In this document: piece after piece, positions 1-10,094 of the stretch
How positions within the stretch are numbered: position 1 is the stretch's first letter
How the letters are laid out: each line of letters opens with the position of its first letter
Assembly (NCBI GenBank): GCA_030533085.1
Contig: JAUNJZ010000001.1
Location: forward strand, 24,814 to 88,813
Direction: 5' to 3'
DNA length: 64,000 nt
Source of the DNA: Synergistaceae bacterium
Lineage (GTDB): Bacteria; Synergistota; Synergistia; Synergistales; Synergistaceae
Notes under the pieces: model-generated
What the model was told of the DNA's origin: nothing
What the model saw: only the letters and a program-made list of their open reading frames with translations
The model's database searches: none
Program-made: the position numbers and the translations under genes

Positions 1-1424
1 TTTCCGCTTCCCATTCACCGCCCCCGGCGGCGAACGGCTCTATCTTTATATACATATACTCGACGAGGCGGGGCATGGCGCTTCAAGGCTGGCCGTCGCG
101 ATGGACGTGTCGAAGGACGAGGCGCAGCAGCGGCGCATACATGACCTCGCCTATATCGACCGGCTCACGAAGCTCCCCAACAACGAGAGCTTCAATCAGC
201 GGATGTCCAGAGAGATGAAAGGATTCGAGGGGAAAAGTGTAAACGCCGCCTGCTGCTTTGTCAGCATAGATGATAAAGAGCGGATACGCGATATCTTCGG
301 CGGCATCATATTCCAGAAGACGGTTGCGGCGGCGGCAGGACGGATAGCGGAGGCTGTGCGGGAGCTTGACGCCGCGCTGTACAGCGTCGCGAATGAGGAT
401 TTCGTCCTCCGTTACGATTATAAGGACGACGAGGAGCTGCAAGAGCTCGGACGGAAAATCAGAGAGGCTTTCCTTACCCCGATGGAGGTAGATGGAAATG
501 TCTTTGAGATAAGCTGTTCTGTTGGCGTCGTGACTTACAACGAATGGGCGGAGTACTGCGATCCCACCCTGGAGAGCCTCTTCCGCAACGGAGAGATGGC
601 GCTGAAGCTGGCGAGGGAGAATCACGGCTTTTATATACTCGACGGCAAGGCCTACCTTGAGCGCATCAGATACATCGACATGGAGCTGGAGCTGATGGAC
701 TCTATCAGGAAGGGGGAGCTTCATCTTCACTTTCAGCCGATTTACGACGCGATAGAGGACAGGATAGCCTCCGTCGAGGCGCTTGCACGCTGGAAGAGCT
801 CCAAATACGGCCCGGTATCGCCGGGGGTATTCATCCCTATGGCGGAGCAGACGGGCTTTATCAACACGCTTGGCGACTGGGTGATAGAGCGCTGCGTCGA
901 GTTTGCGAAGGAGCTCTCCGCGCGCGGCGTCTCCATCGAGTTCAACGTCTCCACGATACAGCTCGCGCAGATGAATTTCGGGCAAAAGCTGACGGATATA
1001 GTGAAAGCCTCCGGCCTGCCTTCCTATGCGCTCGGAATGGAGATAACGGAATCAAAGAGCTTTGACGAGACAGGGACGGCGCGGAAAAATATCTTGCAGG
1101 TCAAGGAGGCCGGGATTCCGATTTACATCGACGATTTCGGCACCGGTTATTCCTCCTTCTCATGGCTGAGGGATCTATCTCCCGACTGGAGGCGTGGCGC
1201 GCTCGGAGATGAAGAAGTCTATCGCCCGCGCTATGGCGAATGTCGCTAAGGCCATGGGATGCAGGGTCATAGCGGAGGGAGTGGAGGAGGACGATGAGCT
1301 CATCGTATTGCTGGGGCTGGGCTGCGTGCATATTCAGGGTTATCTGATAGCGAAGCCGATGCCTCCCGACGAGCTGCTGAAATTTATCGATAACTTCTCC
1401 GGTGTGTCAAACGAAAGGCCGTAA
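1..1424 (+). pseudogene. GGDEF(degenerate)-EAL cyclic-di-GMP signalling protein. The 5' end lies outside the window and the EAL domain is split by an apparent frameshift.
   Basis: The frame of ORF 101..1249 stays open back to nt 2, so the gene starts upstream. The GGDEF position reads ANEDF. EAL motifs EALARW, FNVS, EITES and DDFGTGYSS are in one frame, which then stops at 1249. The rest of the EAL domain (SIARAMANVAKAMGCRVIAEGVEE...QGYLIAKP) continues in ORF 1194..1424 in another frame. The shift must lie at about 1170-1200. Confidence 0.6.
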
Positions 1425-2172
1425 AGGAGAGCCAGAAGAGCCCTACGACAAGCGCGGCGATCCAGATATAATGGCCGCTCTGCGCGTAAGTGACGGCATT
1501 CGACTGGCGGAGCGGGTCTGAAAGCAGCCTGTAGAGACCGTAGAAGAGCATGAAGAGGGGGAATAATATTCCGCCTCTTTTTATTATCATCTTAGGCGCG
1601 GCATGCGAAAGTGCGGCCAGCAGCAGCAGGATGAAGAGCGCGGAGAGGGATTCGGCAAGCTGCGAGGGAAAGCGGAAGAAATTCGCCGGGTCAAAGGGGA
1701 AATGCACAGACCACCACGGAACGGTCCCAGGCTTGCAGTAGTGGCCGGAGCCGACGCAGCAGCCCTCGAGAAAGCAGCCGATACGCCCTATCGCCAGCAT
1801 CGCCGCCAGCGGCAGCGCAGCCGCGTCCGCAAAGGCGTCCGCGCTGAGGCCGCGTTTCCGCAGCTGCCACAATCCGGCAAGCCCTCCGGCCAGAAGGCCG
1901 CCACCTGAGGAGAGGCCGCGAAAGGTCTGCGCGAGGCTGAGCCTTCCGTCCCAATAAAGGGGCAGCTTCTCAGCGACGCCGGCGGCGAAGGCCCCAAGTA
2001 TTCCGGCGCAGTATACCCAGATCAGGACGGAGGTAACGTCGTCGTCCTCCATTCCATATACGCGCATGGCGCGGTATCTGCTCCAGAATATGAGCAGAAA
2101 GAGCGCGGAGGCCCACAGCAGGTAATAGCTGCGAACCTCCACGAAAGAAATTCTGAATATTACGGGGTACAT
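1384..2172 (-). CDS. lgt: prolipoprotein diacylglyceryl transferase
   Basis: 262-aa polytopic membrane protein with an Lgt-like N-terminus and a GRIGCFLEGCC motif. It converges on and overlaps the 3' end of the EAL gene. Confidence 0.85.
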   Translation of the reverse strand: MYPVIFRISFVEVRSYYLLWASALFLLIFWSRYRAMRVYGMEDDDVTSVLIWVYCAGILGAFAAGVAEKLPLYWDGRLSLAQTFRGLSSGGGLLAGGLAGLWQLRKRGLSADAFADAAALPLAAMLAIGRIGCFLEGCCVGSGHYCKPGTVPWWSVHFPFDPANFFRFPSQLAESLSALFILLLLAALSHAAPKMIIKRGGILFPLFMLFYGLYRLLSDPLRQSNAVTYAQSGHYIWIAALVVGLFWLSFTAFRLTHRRSYR

Positions 2173-2195
2173 ATCTCTGCTTTTTCAGCCGGCTG

Positions 2196-2906
2196 TCAGC
2201 TGAAACGGCGTCCGCGCTGCGGGCGGCGTCCGCGATCCCGCTGGCCGCGGCCGACGGGGCAAACAAGCACTCTGCGCAGCGGATCTTCTCCGATCGAGCG
2301 CGTCTCAACATCCTTGTTGTCGCGCAGAGCGATATGTATCAGGCGGCGCTCCCAGCTGGACATAGGCTCCAGACTTACGGGAGTTCCCTTCTGTCTCGCC
2401 TCGCGCGCTATCGATTCGGCCAGCCTTTTCAGCGTCTGCTCGCGGCGCGCGCGGTAGCCGCCGCAGTCGAAGCGGACGCGTCTGGTGGAGGTATCGTCGT
2501 GACAGACAAGATTCGTCAGATACTCAAGCGCTTTGAGCGTCTCGCCGTATCTGCCTATGACCACGCCGGCGTCCTCGCCGACGAGATTTATCATTCCGTC
2601 GTCCGTAAGCTCCGGTATCAGATCAAGATCCATCTTGTCAAGAACTTCGTTCACAAAATGGCATGACTTTATATAGGAAATAGGGGCGAATGGACGTATC
2701 TCAACCTTATAGGTCGAGCCAAGCAGGCCGAATAGCTTTTTATCCTCGGATATGACGGAGGCCTCCACATCGTCAGCCTTTATCCCCCACATCTCAGCGC
2801 CCTTCGCTTTGGCCTCGTCAACAGAGGAGCATTCCACAACGGCGCTCTCTATCTCCGGCAGGGGGCTTTGCTCGTTGTCTCTTTCGCGAATTTCGTCATT
2901 CATCAT
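2196..2906 (-). CDS. khpB: Jag/KhpB RNA-binding protein (KH + R3H domains)
   Basis: The R3H region reads LEPMSSWERRLIHIALRD and the tail is RG-rich. It sits directly downstream of yidC, as in the conserved rpmH-rnpA-yidD-yidC-jag block. Confidence 0.85.
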   Translation of the reverse strand: MMNDEIRERDNEQSPLPEIESAVVECSSVDEAKAKGAEMWGIKADDVEASVISEDKKLFGLLGSTYKVEIRPFAPISYIKSCHFVNEVLDKMDLDLIPELTDDGMINLVGEDAGVVIGRYGETLKALEYLTNLVCHDDTSTRRVRFDCGGYRARREQTLKRLAESIAREARQKGTPVSLEPMSSWERRLIHIALRDNKDVETRSIGEDPLRRVLVCPVGRGQRDRGRRPQRGRRFS

Positions 2907-3740
2907 TTAATCCTCGTCGTCCTCATCATCGTCGTCGTCGTCGCTGGCGGCGTTCACAGGCTTGTTTTTATGAAGCTTCGGCTTCACAGCCAGCTCCTGC
3001 GTCGTCCTCTTCATGACAAAATACTGCTGCGCTACTCCCATCAGCGAGGAGAGACCCCAGTAGAGCATTACGCCCCCAGGCATCGAAAGGCATATAAAGG
3101 CCATGAAGAAGGGCATGATCGTATTCATCATCGCCATCTGCGGGTTGTTTCCCCCGGAAAGCTTCTGCTGCGCCCAGGTCAGCACCGAAATGCCTATCAG
3201 CAGCACGAGGTTGCCGAGATAATAGCCGACGTTGGAAAGTCCCGCCGGGTTGGCTATTATGGCGGAAAGCACCGCCATGATGCTGTACTCGCCGCCGGCT
3301 CCGGCAGCCACGCCCATCGCCTTCGCCAGCCCCGCCGTGGTGGAGGAGCCGAGCAGGACCCCGAAGAAGGAGGTGTCGGCAAAGTCGTAGGTGCGGAGCA
3401 CGTTGAAGAGCAGTATCAGTATCGGAAGCTGAACGAGAAGCGGCAGACAGCCCGCCGCGGGGTTGACCTTGTATTCCTTATAGAGACGCATCGTCTCCTG
3501 ATTCATCTTTTCCTTGTCGTTGGCGTATTTTTCCTGAATAACCTTCAGCATAGGCTGAATCTTCTGCATCTGCTGCATACTCAGCATCTGCTTCTGGTTG
3601 AGCGGGTAAAGGGCGATCCTTACAGCTATTGTAAGAAGGATGATCGCAAGTCCGTAGGAGTGCGTGATGCCGTAGAAGAATTCAAGTATCGTGAGAAGGA
3701 GCTGACTCGCTCCGTTCCATATAGAACCCAAAACTTTCAC
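2907..3740 (-). CDS. yidC: membrane protein insertase YidC/Oxa1 family (short form)
   Basis: Matches LAIILLTIAVRIALYPLNQKQ...MQKIQP...EKYANDKEKMNQETMRLYKEYKVNP...GCLPLLVQLPIL. The start overlaps the yidD stop in an ATGA arrangement. Confidence 0.95.
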   Translation of the reverse strand: MKVLGSIWNGASQLLLTILEFFYGITHSYGLAIILLTIAVRIALYPLNQKQMLSMQQMQKIQPMLKVIQEKYANDKEKMNQETMRLYKEYKVNPAAGCLPLLVQLPILILLFNVLRTYDFADTSFFGVLLGSSTTAGLAKAMGVAAGAGGEYSIMAVLSAIIANPAGLSNVGYYLGNLVLLIGISVLTWAQQKLSGGNNPQMAMMNTIMPFFMAFICLSMPGGVMLYWGLSSLMGVAQQYFVMKRTTQELAVKPKLHKNKPVNAASDDDDDDEDDED

Positions 3741-4060
3741 CTGACCTTTCGAAGATAGCTCCGCTTTTTAAGGAGCTTCCCTAACCATTTCCGCAGCGCG
3801 ATTTCATCAGGCTCCGGCACGGGGTCGAATCCGCCCTCATGCCAGGGGCCGCATTTCAATATTCTTGACGCCGCCAGCCACATTCCCACGCACGGGCCGT
3901 ATCTTGCCAGAGCATTGGCGGCATACTCCGAACATGTGGGATAAAATCTGCATTTTCCGCCTCCAAGCAGCGGCGAGATCGCAGCCTGATAGAAGCGTAT
4001 GCAGAAAACCATACAAAAAGAGAGCGCGCGGCCGAGCATCTTGTCAGCCCTTCGCGTCAA
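3737..4060 (-). CDS. yidD: membrane protein insertion efficiency factor YidD
   Basis: Contains YQAAISPLLGGGKCRFYPTCSEYAANAL...GPWHEGGFDPVP. An alternative start at Met8 (4039) would remove the overlap with rnpA. Confidence 0.9.
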   Translation of the reverse strand: MTRRADKMLGRALSFCMVFCIRFYQAAISPLLGGGKCRFYPTCSEYAANALARYGPCVGMWLAASRILKCGPWHEGGFDPVPEPDEIALRKWLGKLLKKRSYLRKVR

Positions 4061-4433
4061 CCTTCCAGTCAGCGCCGGGCCAGTCCGCCCTCAGCAGCCC
4101 TCTGCGCTTGAGCGAGGCGGCCATATCGGCGTATACTTCGTCCGCGCCGGCCTCCAGAGCCTTTTCACGCAGAGAGGCTATTATCCACGTCCCCTCTTTT
4201 ATCCACGGCAACAGCCTTCGGAAGGCCTCGCGCATTACGCGCCTTCCTCTGACGCGCCGGACTGCGTGCGCGATCTTCCTGCCTACCGTCACTCCGACGA
4301 GGGGCGGCCCCTCCATCTTCGTGATAAAGAGCAACCGCACCAGTCCGCCAGTTTCACGACGCCCGGTGCGGAAAACAAGATCAAACTGCCAGCCTTTTTT
4401 CAGTCGTCTGGCAGATGAAAAGCCAAAGTCCAC
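4044..4433 (-). CDS. rnpA: ribonuclease P protein component
   Basis: Contains RRLKKGWQFDLVFRTGRR...VGVTVGRKIAHAVRRVRGRRVMREAFR. GTG start 6 nt after the rpmH stop. Confidence 0.9.
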   Translation of the reverse strand: MDFGFSSARRLKKGWQFDLVFRTGRRETGGLVRLLFITKMEGPPLVGVTVGRKIAHAVRRVRGRRVMREAFRRLLPWIKEGTWIIASLREKALEAGADEVYADMAASLKRRGLLRADWPGADWKVDAKG

Positions 4434-4439
4434 CTTCTC

Positions 4440-4574
4440 TTAGACGGCGAGACGTGCTCTGCCCTTACGGCGGCGGTTTCTCAAAATGCGGCGTCCGCTC
4501 GGCGACGCGGAGCGCTCAAGGAAGCCCATAGCGCGTTTGCGTCTTGTGTTGTGCGGCTGAAATGTTCTCTTCAC
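4440..4574 (-). CDS. rpmH: 50S ribosomal protein L34 (44 aa, absent from the ORF track because it is under 60 aa)
   Basis: Manual translation gives (GTG)[43 protein letters not shown], then a stop. An AGGAGG sequence lies 7 nt upstream. Confidence 0.9.
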   Translation of the reverse strand: MKRTFQPHNTRRKRAMGFLERSASPSGRRILRNRRRKGRARLAV

Positions 4575-4656
4575 AGACTACACCTCCTGTGTTGTGTCAT
4601 CGTTAGCAGATATCAAAAATTCTTTTCAGAATAACCGACCCATAAACAACCTGATA

Positions 4657-4685
4657 AATATAGCATAGAGTCGCCTCCGCGGCAA
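4657..4685 (-). promoter_or_regulatory. candidate sigma70-type promoter for the rpmH operon
   Basis: On the minus strand: TTGCCG, 17 nt spacer, TATATT, about 80 nt upstream of the rpmH start. Confidence 0.4.
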
Positions 4686-4833
4686 GAAAGGAATATATTT
4701 TTTTTGCGTTTTTTCGCGGCAGTCATGAAAAACTCCCCGGAATAAAACTTTTTCCAAGCAATTTTTTTACTATTGCGCAATCGCCGTATCATGTGATAAG
4801 ATATCCCTTGTCTTTGTGAAGGAGGTGACGGCA

Positions 4834-5106
4834 TTGCCAAATAAGAAATCAGCAAAAAAACGAGTCCTGATAACTGAGAGAAACCGCATCTACAATCGCT
4901 TCTGGAAAACCCGCTGCAAGAACGCGGTGAAAAAGCTGCTCGAAGCGGTAGCGAACAAGGATCAAGAACTTGCGACAAAGCGGCTGAACGAAGCTCAGGG
5001 CGTACTGGATAAGGCGGTAGTCAAGGGCGTCGTCCACCGTAATACAGCGGCCCGCCGCAAAGCCAACATGGCCGCGAAGGTCAAGGCCCTCTCAACACAG
5101 GCTTAA
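4834..5106 (+). CDS. rpsT: 30S ribosomal protein S20
   Basis: Contains PNKKSAKKRVLITERNRIYNRFWKTRCKNAVKK...HRNTAARRKANMAAKV. Likely TTG start at 4834, with GGAGG at 4821-4825. Confidence 0.9.
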   Translation: MPNKKSAKKRVLITERNRIYNRFWKTRCKNAVKKLLEAVANKDQELATKRLNEAQGVLDKAVVKGVVHRNTAARRKANMAAKVKALSTQA

Positions 5107-5135
5107 CGGTTATATTATTTAGAAGAAAAACAAAA

Positions 5136-5167
5136 GCGGAACTCCAGACGGAGCGCCGCTCTTTTTA
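5136..5167. terminator. bidirectional intrinsic terminator between convergent rpsT and holA
   Basis: Imperfect GC-rich hairpin GCGGAACTCC-agac-GGAGCGCCGC, flanked by an A-run upstream and a T-run downstream. Confidence 0.5.
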
Positions 5168-5200
5168 TTTATTCGCCCCAAATATCAAAAACGGCGGCTT

Positions 5201-6130
5201 TCAGCGCGCGGCGCTCAGCAGCGCGGCTATTGCCGTTTCCAGCCCGTTCCAGCCCGCTCCCATGCCGCTGCGCTCCTCTATGCTTATGCGGAGCAGCGCG
5301 GAGATGAAATCGGTCAGCGCCGCGTGGCCGTAACGGCGGTCGGCCTCCTTTGCCTTGCGCCATGCGTAGTCTTTCGCTCCCAGCGCCTGCGCGAAGAAGA
5401 GGCCGTCTTTTCCAAGCCCTGAATACCATGCGAGGCGCATTCTGTTGTGTATCGGCGTAAGGGTAGGGATAAGCTCGCCGGAGCGCGATATCGCGCGGAA
5501 GCTTCTGAGCACGGAGACGGCGTCTCCGTCGCAGAGGCCGTCCAGCAGACGCAGCAGGTTGCGGCTGCCATCGTCAAGGCAGAGCTGTTCCACGTCGGCC
5601 GCGCTTACCTCTCCGCCTCTTTTGAAAAGCGCCAGGCTTTTCAGCTGCGCTCTTATCTCCTCCGGGTCGTCCAGCAGCTCGACAATCATCGAGACGCCGC
5701 CGGGGTTGACCTTAACGCCCAGCTCGCGGGCCAAAGATGAGACCCACTGCTGCCGCTCCCGCGGCCAGCGCGGAAATTCCGCCGCTTTAAGCATCCTGCA
5801 CTTGGCAAGCGTCTCTTTGGGGATAAATTTTGCGGGCTGCGATTTCGGGTCGCTTTCGTAGACCAGTATCAGCGCCACATCAGACGAAGGATCGACCATG
5901 AAGGAGAGCTTTTCGGGAAGCTGTCCCAGCAGCGGCGCGGATTCTATGATTATGAAGCGTTTGTCGTCAAAAAGGCCGCCGGTCATGTTGTCGGAGAGAA
6001 GGGAATTCCAGTCCCCTCCCTCCTGACGGCCGGCGGCGGTGTAGCCTTTTTTTTCAAGTTCGGCGGCAGTCTCCTCCAGCAGCCGTCTTTGAGCGGTACC
6101 GGAGGCGGCGATAAGGAGGAGCTGCGGCAT
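5201..6130 (-). CDS. holA: DNA polymerase III delta subunit (probable)
   Basis: 309 aa. ATGA overlap with the leuS stop. Size and position (leuS-holA/rpsT neighbourhood) are typical. I see no strongly diagnostic motif by eye. Confidence 0.6.
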   Translation of the reverse strand: MPQLLLIAASGTAQRRLLEETAAELEKKGYTAAGRQEGGDWNSLLSDNMTGGLFDDKRFIIIESAPLLGQLPEKLSFMVDPSSDVALILVYESDPKSQPAKFIPKETLAKCRMLKAAEFPRWPRERQQWVSSLARELGVKVNPGGVSMIVELLDDPEEIRAQLKSLALFKRGGEVSAADVEQLCLDDGSRNLLRLLDGLCDGDAVSVLRSFRAISRSGELIPTLTPIHNRMRLAWYSGLGKDGLFFAQALGAKDYAWRKAKEADRRYGHAALTDFISALLRISIEERSGMGAGWNGLETAIAALLSAAR

Positions 6131-8628
6131 CAGTTTTTCACCACTATGTTGACGAGCTTGCCGGGGACGGCGATGCTTCTGAGGATTTCCTTCCCCTCAA
6201 GGCGCTTTTTCGTCTCTTCGCGCGACATGACCTCGGCCAGCAGCTCTTCCTTTGAAAGGCCGGCCGCGACTGTGAACTGTTCGCGCACCTTGCCGTTTAT
6301 CTGCAATACGACTGTCGAGCTGTCTTCAACAAGGGCGCTCTTATCGACTTCAAACCATCTGTGAACGGAGATGAAATCTTCGTTGCCGAGCAGATGCCAC
6401 AGCTCTTCCGCGATGTGCGGAGAGAAGGGAGAGAGGCAGCAGAGCAGCGTCTCGACCCCCTCGCGCTTTACGCTCCACCCCTTCGCGTCGGCGGGGGCGA
6501 AGGCTATAAGCGCGTTGGTCAGCTCCATCAGACGGGCGACGGCTGTGTTGAACTGGCGTTCGTCGCGTATGTCTTTCGTAACGCGGTCAAGCGTGCTGTG
6601 AATGACGCGCTTCATATCGCGCTCCGCGGCGGCTGTGATATCTTTCATCGCCACGCGCTCCGGCGAGGCTTTTTTCAGCCCCTCAAGATTCGATTCCACC
6701 AGACGCCAGACGCGCCCAAGGAAGCGGTTCGCCCCCTCCACGCCGCGCTCTGACCAGTCGAGATCTTTTTCCGGCGGCGAGGCGAAGAGGATGAAGAGTC
6801 TCGCGGTGTCCGCGCCGTATTTTTTGATTATTTCATCGGGGTCTACGACGTTGCCGAGAGATTTGGACATCTTCGCGCCGTCCTTGATCACCATGCCCTG
6901 CGTCAGCAGACGCTTGAAGGGTTCGCGCATGTCGGGCGGCAGCAGCCCCAGGTCGGAGAGCACCTTCGTAAAGAAGCGCGCGTAGATGAGATGCAGGCAG
7001 GCATGTTCTATGCCTCCGATGTATTGATCCACCGTCATCCAGTAGGAGGCGGCCTCCTTATCGAAGGGCAGCTCTTTGCTCCATGGAGATGTGTAGCGGT
7101 CGAAGTACCAGGAGGAGCAGAAGAATGTATCCATCGTGTCCGTCTCCCTGCGAGCCGGGCCGCCGCAGACCGGGCATGTGGTGTTGTACCAGTCGGGACG
7201 CAGCGTCAGCGGGTTGCCGCCGTTGGCCGGCATCTCGATATCCAGCGGCAGTTCGACCGGCAGCTGATCCTCCGGTACAGGAACTATGCCGCAGTGGTCG
7301 CAGTAGAGCATCGGTATCGGCGTTCCCCAGTAGCGCTGGCGCGAAATAAGCCAGTCGCGGAGGCGGAACTGTACCTCTTTTCTGCCCTTGCCATGCTCCT
7401 CGAACCAATCTGCGGCTTTGGCTATGGCCTCTTCCGTCGGAAGTCCGTCAAGGAAGCCGGAGTTGCAGGCTATGCCGTCGGCGGCGACGGCGGCCGGCAT
7501 GGTAGCTCCGTCCGGTATCGGCCCATCTTCGGGGCGCACTACCGTGACGACTGGAATGCCGTATTTGCGCGCGAAGTCAAAGTCGCGCTGGTCGTGGGCC
7601 GGAACGCCCATTATCGCTCCGGTTCCGTAATCCGTCAGGATGTAGTCTGCGATCCAGATGGGCGATTTCTCGCCGTTGACCGGATTTACAGCGAAGAAGC
7701 CTGTATTCAGCCCCTCTTTGTCCGTGCCGACGGCGGTGCGCTCGATGGCGCTGCGCGCGGACATTCTTTTCGCAAAGGCGCGCATTTCCGCCGCCTTCTC
7801 GCCGCCCGCCAGCTTCGCGAATTCTTCTACATAGGGATGCTCGGCGGCCATAGCGACGAAGGTAACGCCGAAGATCGTGTCTATGCGCGTTGTGAAGGCC
7901 TCAAGCTTCAGGTCAGTGTCGGCTATATCCATCTCAAAATGAACGCCCTCGGAGCGTCCTATCCAGTTGCGCTGCATTGTGACGACGCGCTCCGGCCAGC
8001 CCTTCAGATCGTCCAGGCAGTCCACAAGCTCCTGCGCGTAGTCCGTGATGCGGATGAACCACTGGTCGAGGTCGCGCTTCGTTACAGGTGTGCCGCAGCG
8101 CCAGCAGACGCCCTCGTCGACGACCTGTTCGTTGGCCAGCACCGTCTGGCAGGCGTCGCACCAGTTGACCGGAGCGTGCTTGCGGTAGACGAGCCCCTTC
8201 TTATAAAATTGCAGGAAAAGCCACTGATTCCATCTGTAGTAATCGACGTTGCAGGTTTCGACGCGCCTGCGCCAGTCGTAGCTGTAGCCGGCGCGCTGGA
8301 GCTGCTGCGTCATGTGCTCTATGTTGCTCCACGTCCAGTCGGAGGGGGCTGTTTTGTTCTTTATCGCCGCATTTTCAGCGGGCATACCGAAGGCGTCGAA
8401 GCCCATCGGGTAGAGAACGTTAAGCCCCTGCATACGCAGGAATCTGGCAAGCAGGTCGCCTATCGAATAATTGCGCAAATGTCCCATGTGGAGCGCTCCG
8501 CTCGGATATGGAAACATCTCAAGGCAGTAGAACTTCTCTTTGGAGGGGTCGGCCTCCGCTTCAAATATTTTCGCCTCGGCCCAAGCCTTCTGCCATTTAG
8601 GCTCTATGGCGGAAAAATCATACGGCAT
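6130..8628 (-). CDS. leuS: leucine--tRNA ligase
   Basis: 832 aa with HMGHLRNY (HIGH) and KMSKSLGN (KMSKS) motifs and a LeuRS-type N-terminus, [16 protein letters not shown]. Confidence 0.97.
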   Translation of the reverse strand: MPYDFSAIEPKWQKAWAEAKIFEAEADPSKEKFYCLEMFPYPSGALHMGHLRNYSIGDLLARFLRMQGLNVLYPMGFDAFGMPAENAAIKNKTAPSDWTWSNIEHMTQQLQRAGYSYDWRRRVETCNVDYYRWNQWLFLQFYKKGLVYRKHAPVNWCDACQTVLANEQVVDEGVCWRCGTPVTKRDLDQWFIRITDYAQELVDCLDDLKGWPERVVTMQRNWIGRSEGVHFEMDIADTDLKLEAFTTRIDTIFGVTFVAMAAEHPYVEEFAKLAGGEKAAEMRAFAKRMSARSAIERTAVGTDKEGLNTGFFAVNPVNGEKSPIWIADYILTDYGTGAIMGVPAHDQRDFDFARKYGIPVVTVVRPEDGPIPDGATMPAAVAADGIACNSGFLDGLPTEEAIAKAADWFEEHGKGRKEVQFRLRDWLISRQRYWGTPIPMLYCDHCGIVPVPEDQLPVELPLDIEMPANGGNPLTLRPDWYNTTCPVCGGPARRETDTMDTFFCSSWYFDRYTSPWSKELPFDKEAASYWMTVDQYIGGIEHACLHLIYARFFTKVLSDLGLLPPDMREPFKRLLTQGMVIKDGAKMSKSLGNVVDPDEIIKKYGADTARLFILFASPPEKDLDWSERGVEGANRFLGRVWRLVESNLEGLKKASPERVAMKDITAAAERDMKRVIHSTLDRVTKDIRDERQFNTAVARLMELTNALIAFAPADAKGWSVKREGVETLLCCLSPFSPHIAEELWHLLGNEDFISVHRWFEVDKSALVEDSSTVVLQINGKVREQFTVAAGLSKEELLAEVMSREETKKRLEGKEILRSIAVPGKLVNIVVKN

Positions 8629-8673
8629 CTATATCTCTCCTTCTTAAATGAAGAATTATTTACACATCAAGGT

Positions 8674-8702
8674 ATTATATACACTCTATTATAAGAGGTC
8701 AA
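8674..8702 (-). promoter_or_regulatory. candidate promoter for leuS
   Basis: On the minus strand: TTGACC, 17 nt spacer, TATAAT, about 45 nt upstream of the leuS ATG. Confidence 0.45.
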
Positions 8703-8723
8703 ACGCGCCGTTGAAGCGTCATT

Positions 8724-9896
8724 TTATTCGCCGTTTTTCGTCTCTTCGCCGCTGATGTTTTTCAGCACAAAGGCGGCCCACAGCTCAAATGCGTCTTTGA
8801 AATTCCACGGGTCCTTGCCGGTGAGCGCGCGTATTTTTTTCAGCCGGTATTGCAGGCTGTTGCGGTGCATCGCGAGACGCTCCGCGACCTCGCCGCTGGC
8901 GAAAGGGGATTCGCACCAGCCCAGAAAGGTGTCGCGCATCTCTTCATAGTCGCCGCGCCCGATAAGGGCGGCGAGCGTGCGGTTGGCGAACTCCTCGCGC
9001 CTGCCGGCCGGCAGCATGTCAAGCAGCGTCTCGCTGGTAAGATTCCTCGCGGAGATAACGCCGCTCATTCTCAGCTGTCCGGCGAGCCGCAGCGCGTCTC
9101 TGGCCGAACGCAGCGATATCGAGAGGCCGCCCAGATCCGTCGCGGGGAAGCCTATCGCTACGTCGGCCTTTATCCCCTTGCTTTCGATGCCGGAGACAAA
9201 GCTCTTCGCCGCCTCTTCTATATTTTGCAGAATGTCGTCGTTCGTTCCGAGCCTGTTCGGCGTGACGAATACCGTCACTCGCCTGTTGCGCTGAGGGCAT
9301 ATAACGTTGCGCGGGTGCGAAAAGGCGGAGCGCAGCTCGCGCACCATTATCTGATAGGCGTTCTCGCTGGATTCATCCTTCCAGCTCTTCATTTCGACGA
9401 CCAGCGCGTCTTTGCAGCGCGTGAGCGTGACGCCGAGCTCTTTGCCCTGCAATGTGATGAGGTCGCCCATCCCCTGCGAGCCGTCGTAGGAGGCGACGTT
9501 TTCCACAAGGTCGCGCAGCGCGCGCTCGCGCATGAGATTTGATTCAAGGAATGCCTGCTCGCGCAGCATGATCTCCGCCTGCTTCTGCACGAGAAGGCCG
9601 AAGCGCTCGACCTCCTCCGGCATTCCCGTTATCGAGATGGAGCCTACGACCTTGTCGAAGAACTGTATCGGCAGAGTGTAGCCGGGATAGACCCCCGGCA
9701 TCTTTTTAGCCTCCTCGCTGTAGGTGACGCAGGGTTTGTTCTCCCGCATCACCGCCATGGATGGCTCGTGGAATGTGCCTACCCTTTTTTTTATGTTGCA
9801 GCCTATTATAATTCCGTTCTCGTCCGTTACCAGAACGCCGCGCCCTATTACCTCGCTCGCGCTTTCAGCTATGTTCTGAGCCATCTTTTTGAACAT
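8724..9896 (-). CDS. CdaR/PucR-family transcriptional regulator (sugar-diacid-regulator-like)
   Basis: The N-terminal diacid_rec-like region reads MAQNIAESASEVIGRGVLVTDENGIIIGC. The C-terminal PucR HTH reads HRNSLQYRLKKIRALTGKDP. The ORF extends to 10016, but Met41 or Met45 (9896 or 9884) is the more likely start. Confidence 0.75.
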   Translation of the reverse strand: MFKKMAQNIAESASEVIGRGVLVTDENGIIIGCNIKKRVGTFHEPSMAVMRENKPCVTYSEEAKKMPGVYPGYTLPIQFFDKVVGSISITGMPEEVERFGLLVQKQAEIMLREQAFLESNLMRERALRDLVENVASYDGSQGMGDLITLQGKELGVTLTRCKDALVVEMKSWKDESSENAYQIMVRELRSAFSHPRNVICPQRNRRVTVFVTPNRLGTNDDILQNIEEAAKSFVSGIESKGIKADVAIGFPATDLGGLSISLRSARDALRLAGQLRMSGVISARNLTSETLLDMLPAGRREEFANRTLAALIGRGDYEEMRDTFLGWCESPFASGEVAERLAMHRNSLQYRLKKIRALTGKDPWNFKDAFELWAAFVLKNISGEETKNGE

Positions 9897-10094
9897 AAAA
9901 AACACTCCCTGGTTTTTATTCAAGAGCATAGTCCGCAAGTTATTATACATCATTTTTGTGTTCTTTGGAATAATGATTTTTCTCACGCCGGAGGTTAAAA
10001 TGTGGATGTGAGACAAGGGGCCGCCGGCATCAATGTCTTTTTAAATACAATATCAATTTTAAGCCGGTAATAAATAATAAAGGAGGAATGCAAA

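Noticed and set aside
4575-4815. Possible oriC or dnaA region next to the rpmH-rnpA-yidC block
   Set aside because: No dnaA gene is adjacent (rpsT is). I found no TTATCCACA-type DnaA boxes or AT-rich 13-mers in the 240-nt spacer. It looks like two back-to-back promoters.
6991-8694. 567-aa ORF on the plus strand
   Set aside because: It lies antisense to leuS, whose translation has unmistakable HIGH and KMSKS motifs. The antisense product is Arg/Ala/Gly-rich low-information sequence typical of GC-rich DNA. The same reasoning applies to 83..985(-), 10059..10898(-), 11356..12075(-), 12097..12735(-), 14257..14838(+) and 15064..15591(+).
8629-8723. T-box leader upstream of leuS
   Set aside because: Only 95 nt separate leuS from the preceding gene. 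That is enough for a promoter but far too short for a T-box, and no T-box sequence is seen.
9897-10094. Glycine riboswitch upstream of grdE
   Set aside because: None of the conserved GGAGAG...CACCGAAGGGGCAA / CUCUGGAGAG...ACCGAAGG elements are present. A protein regulator (CdaR-type) is divergently encoded instead.
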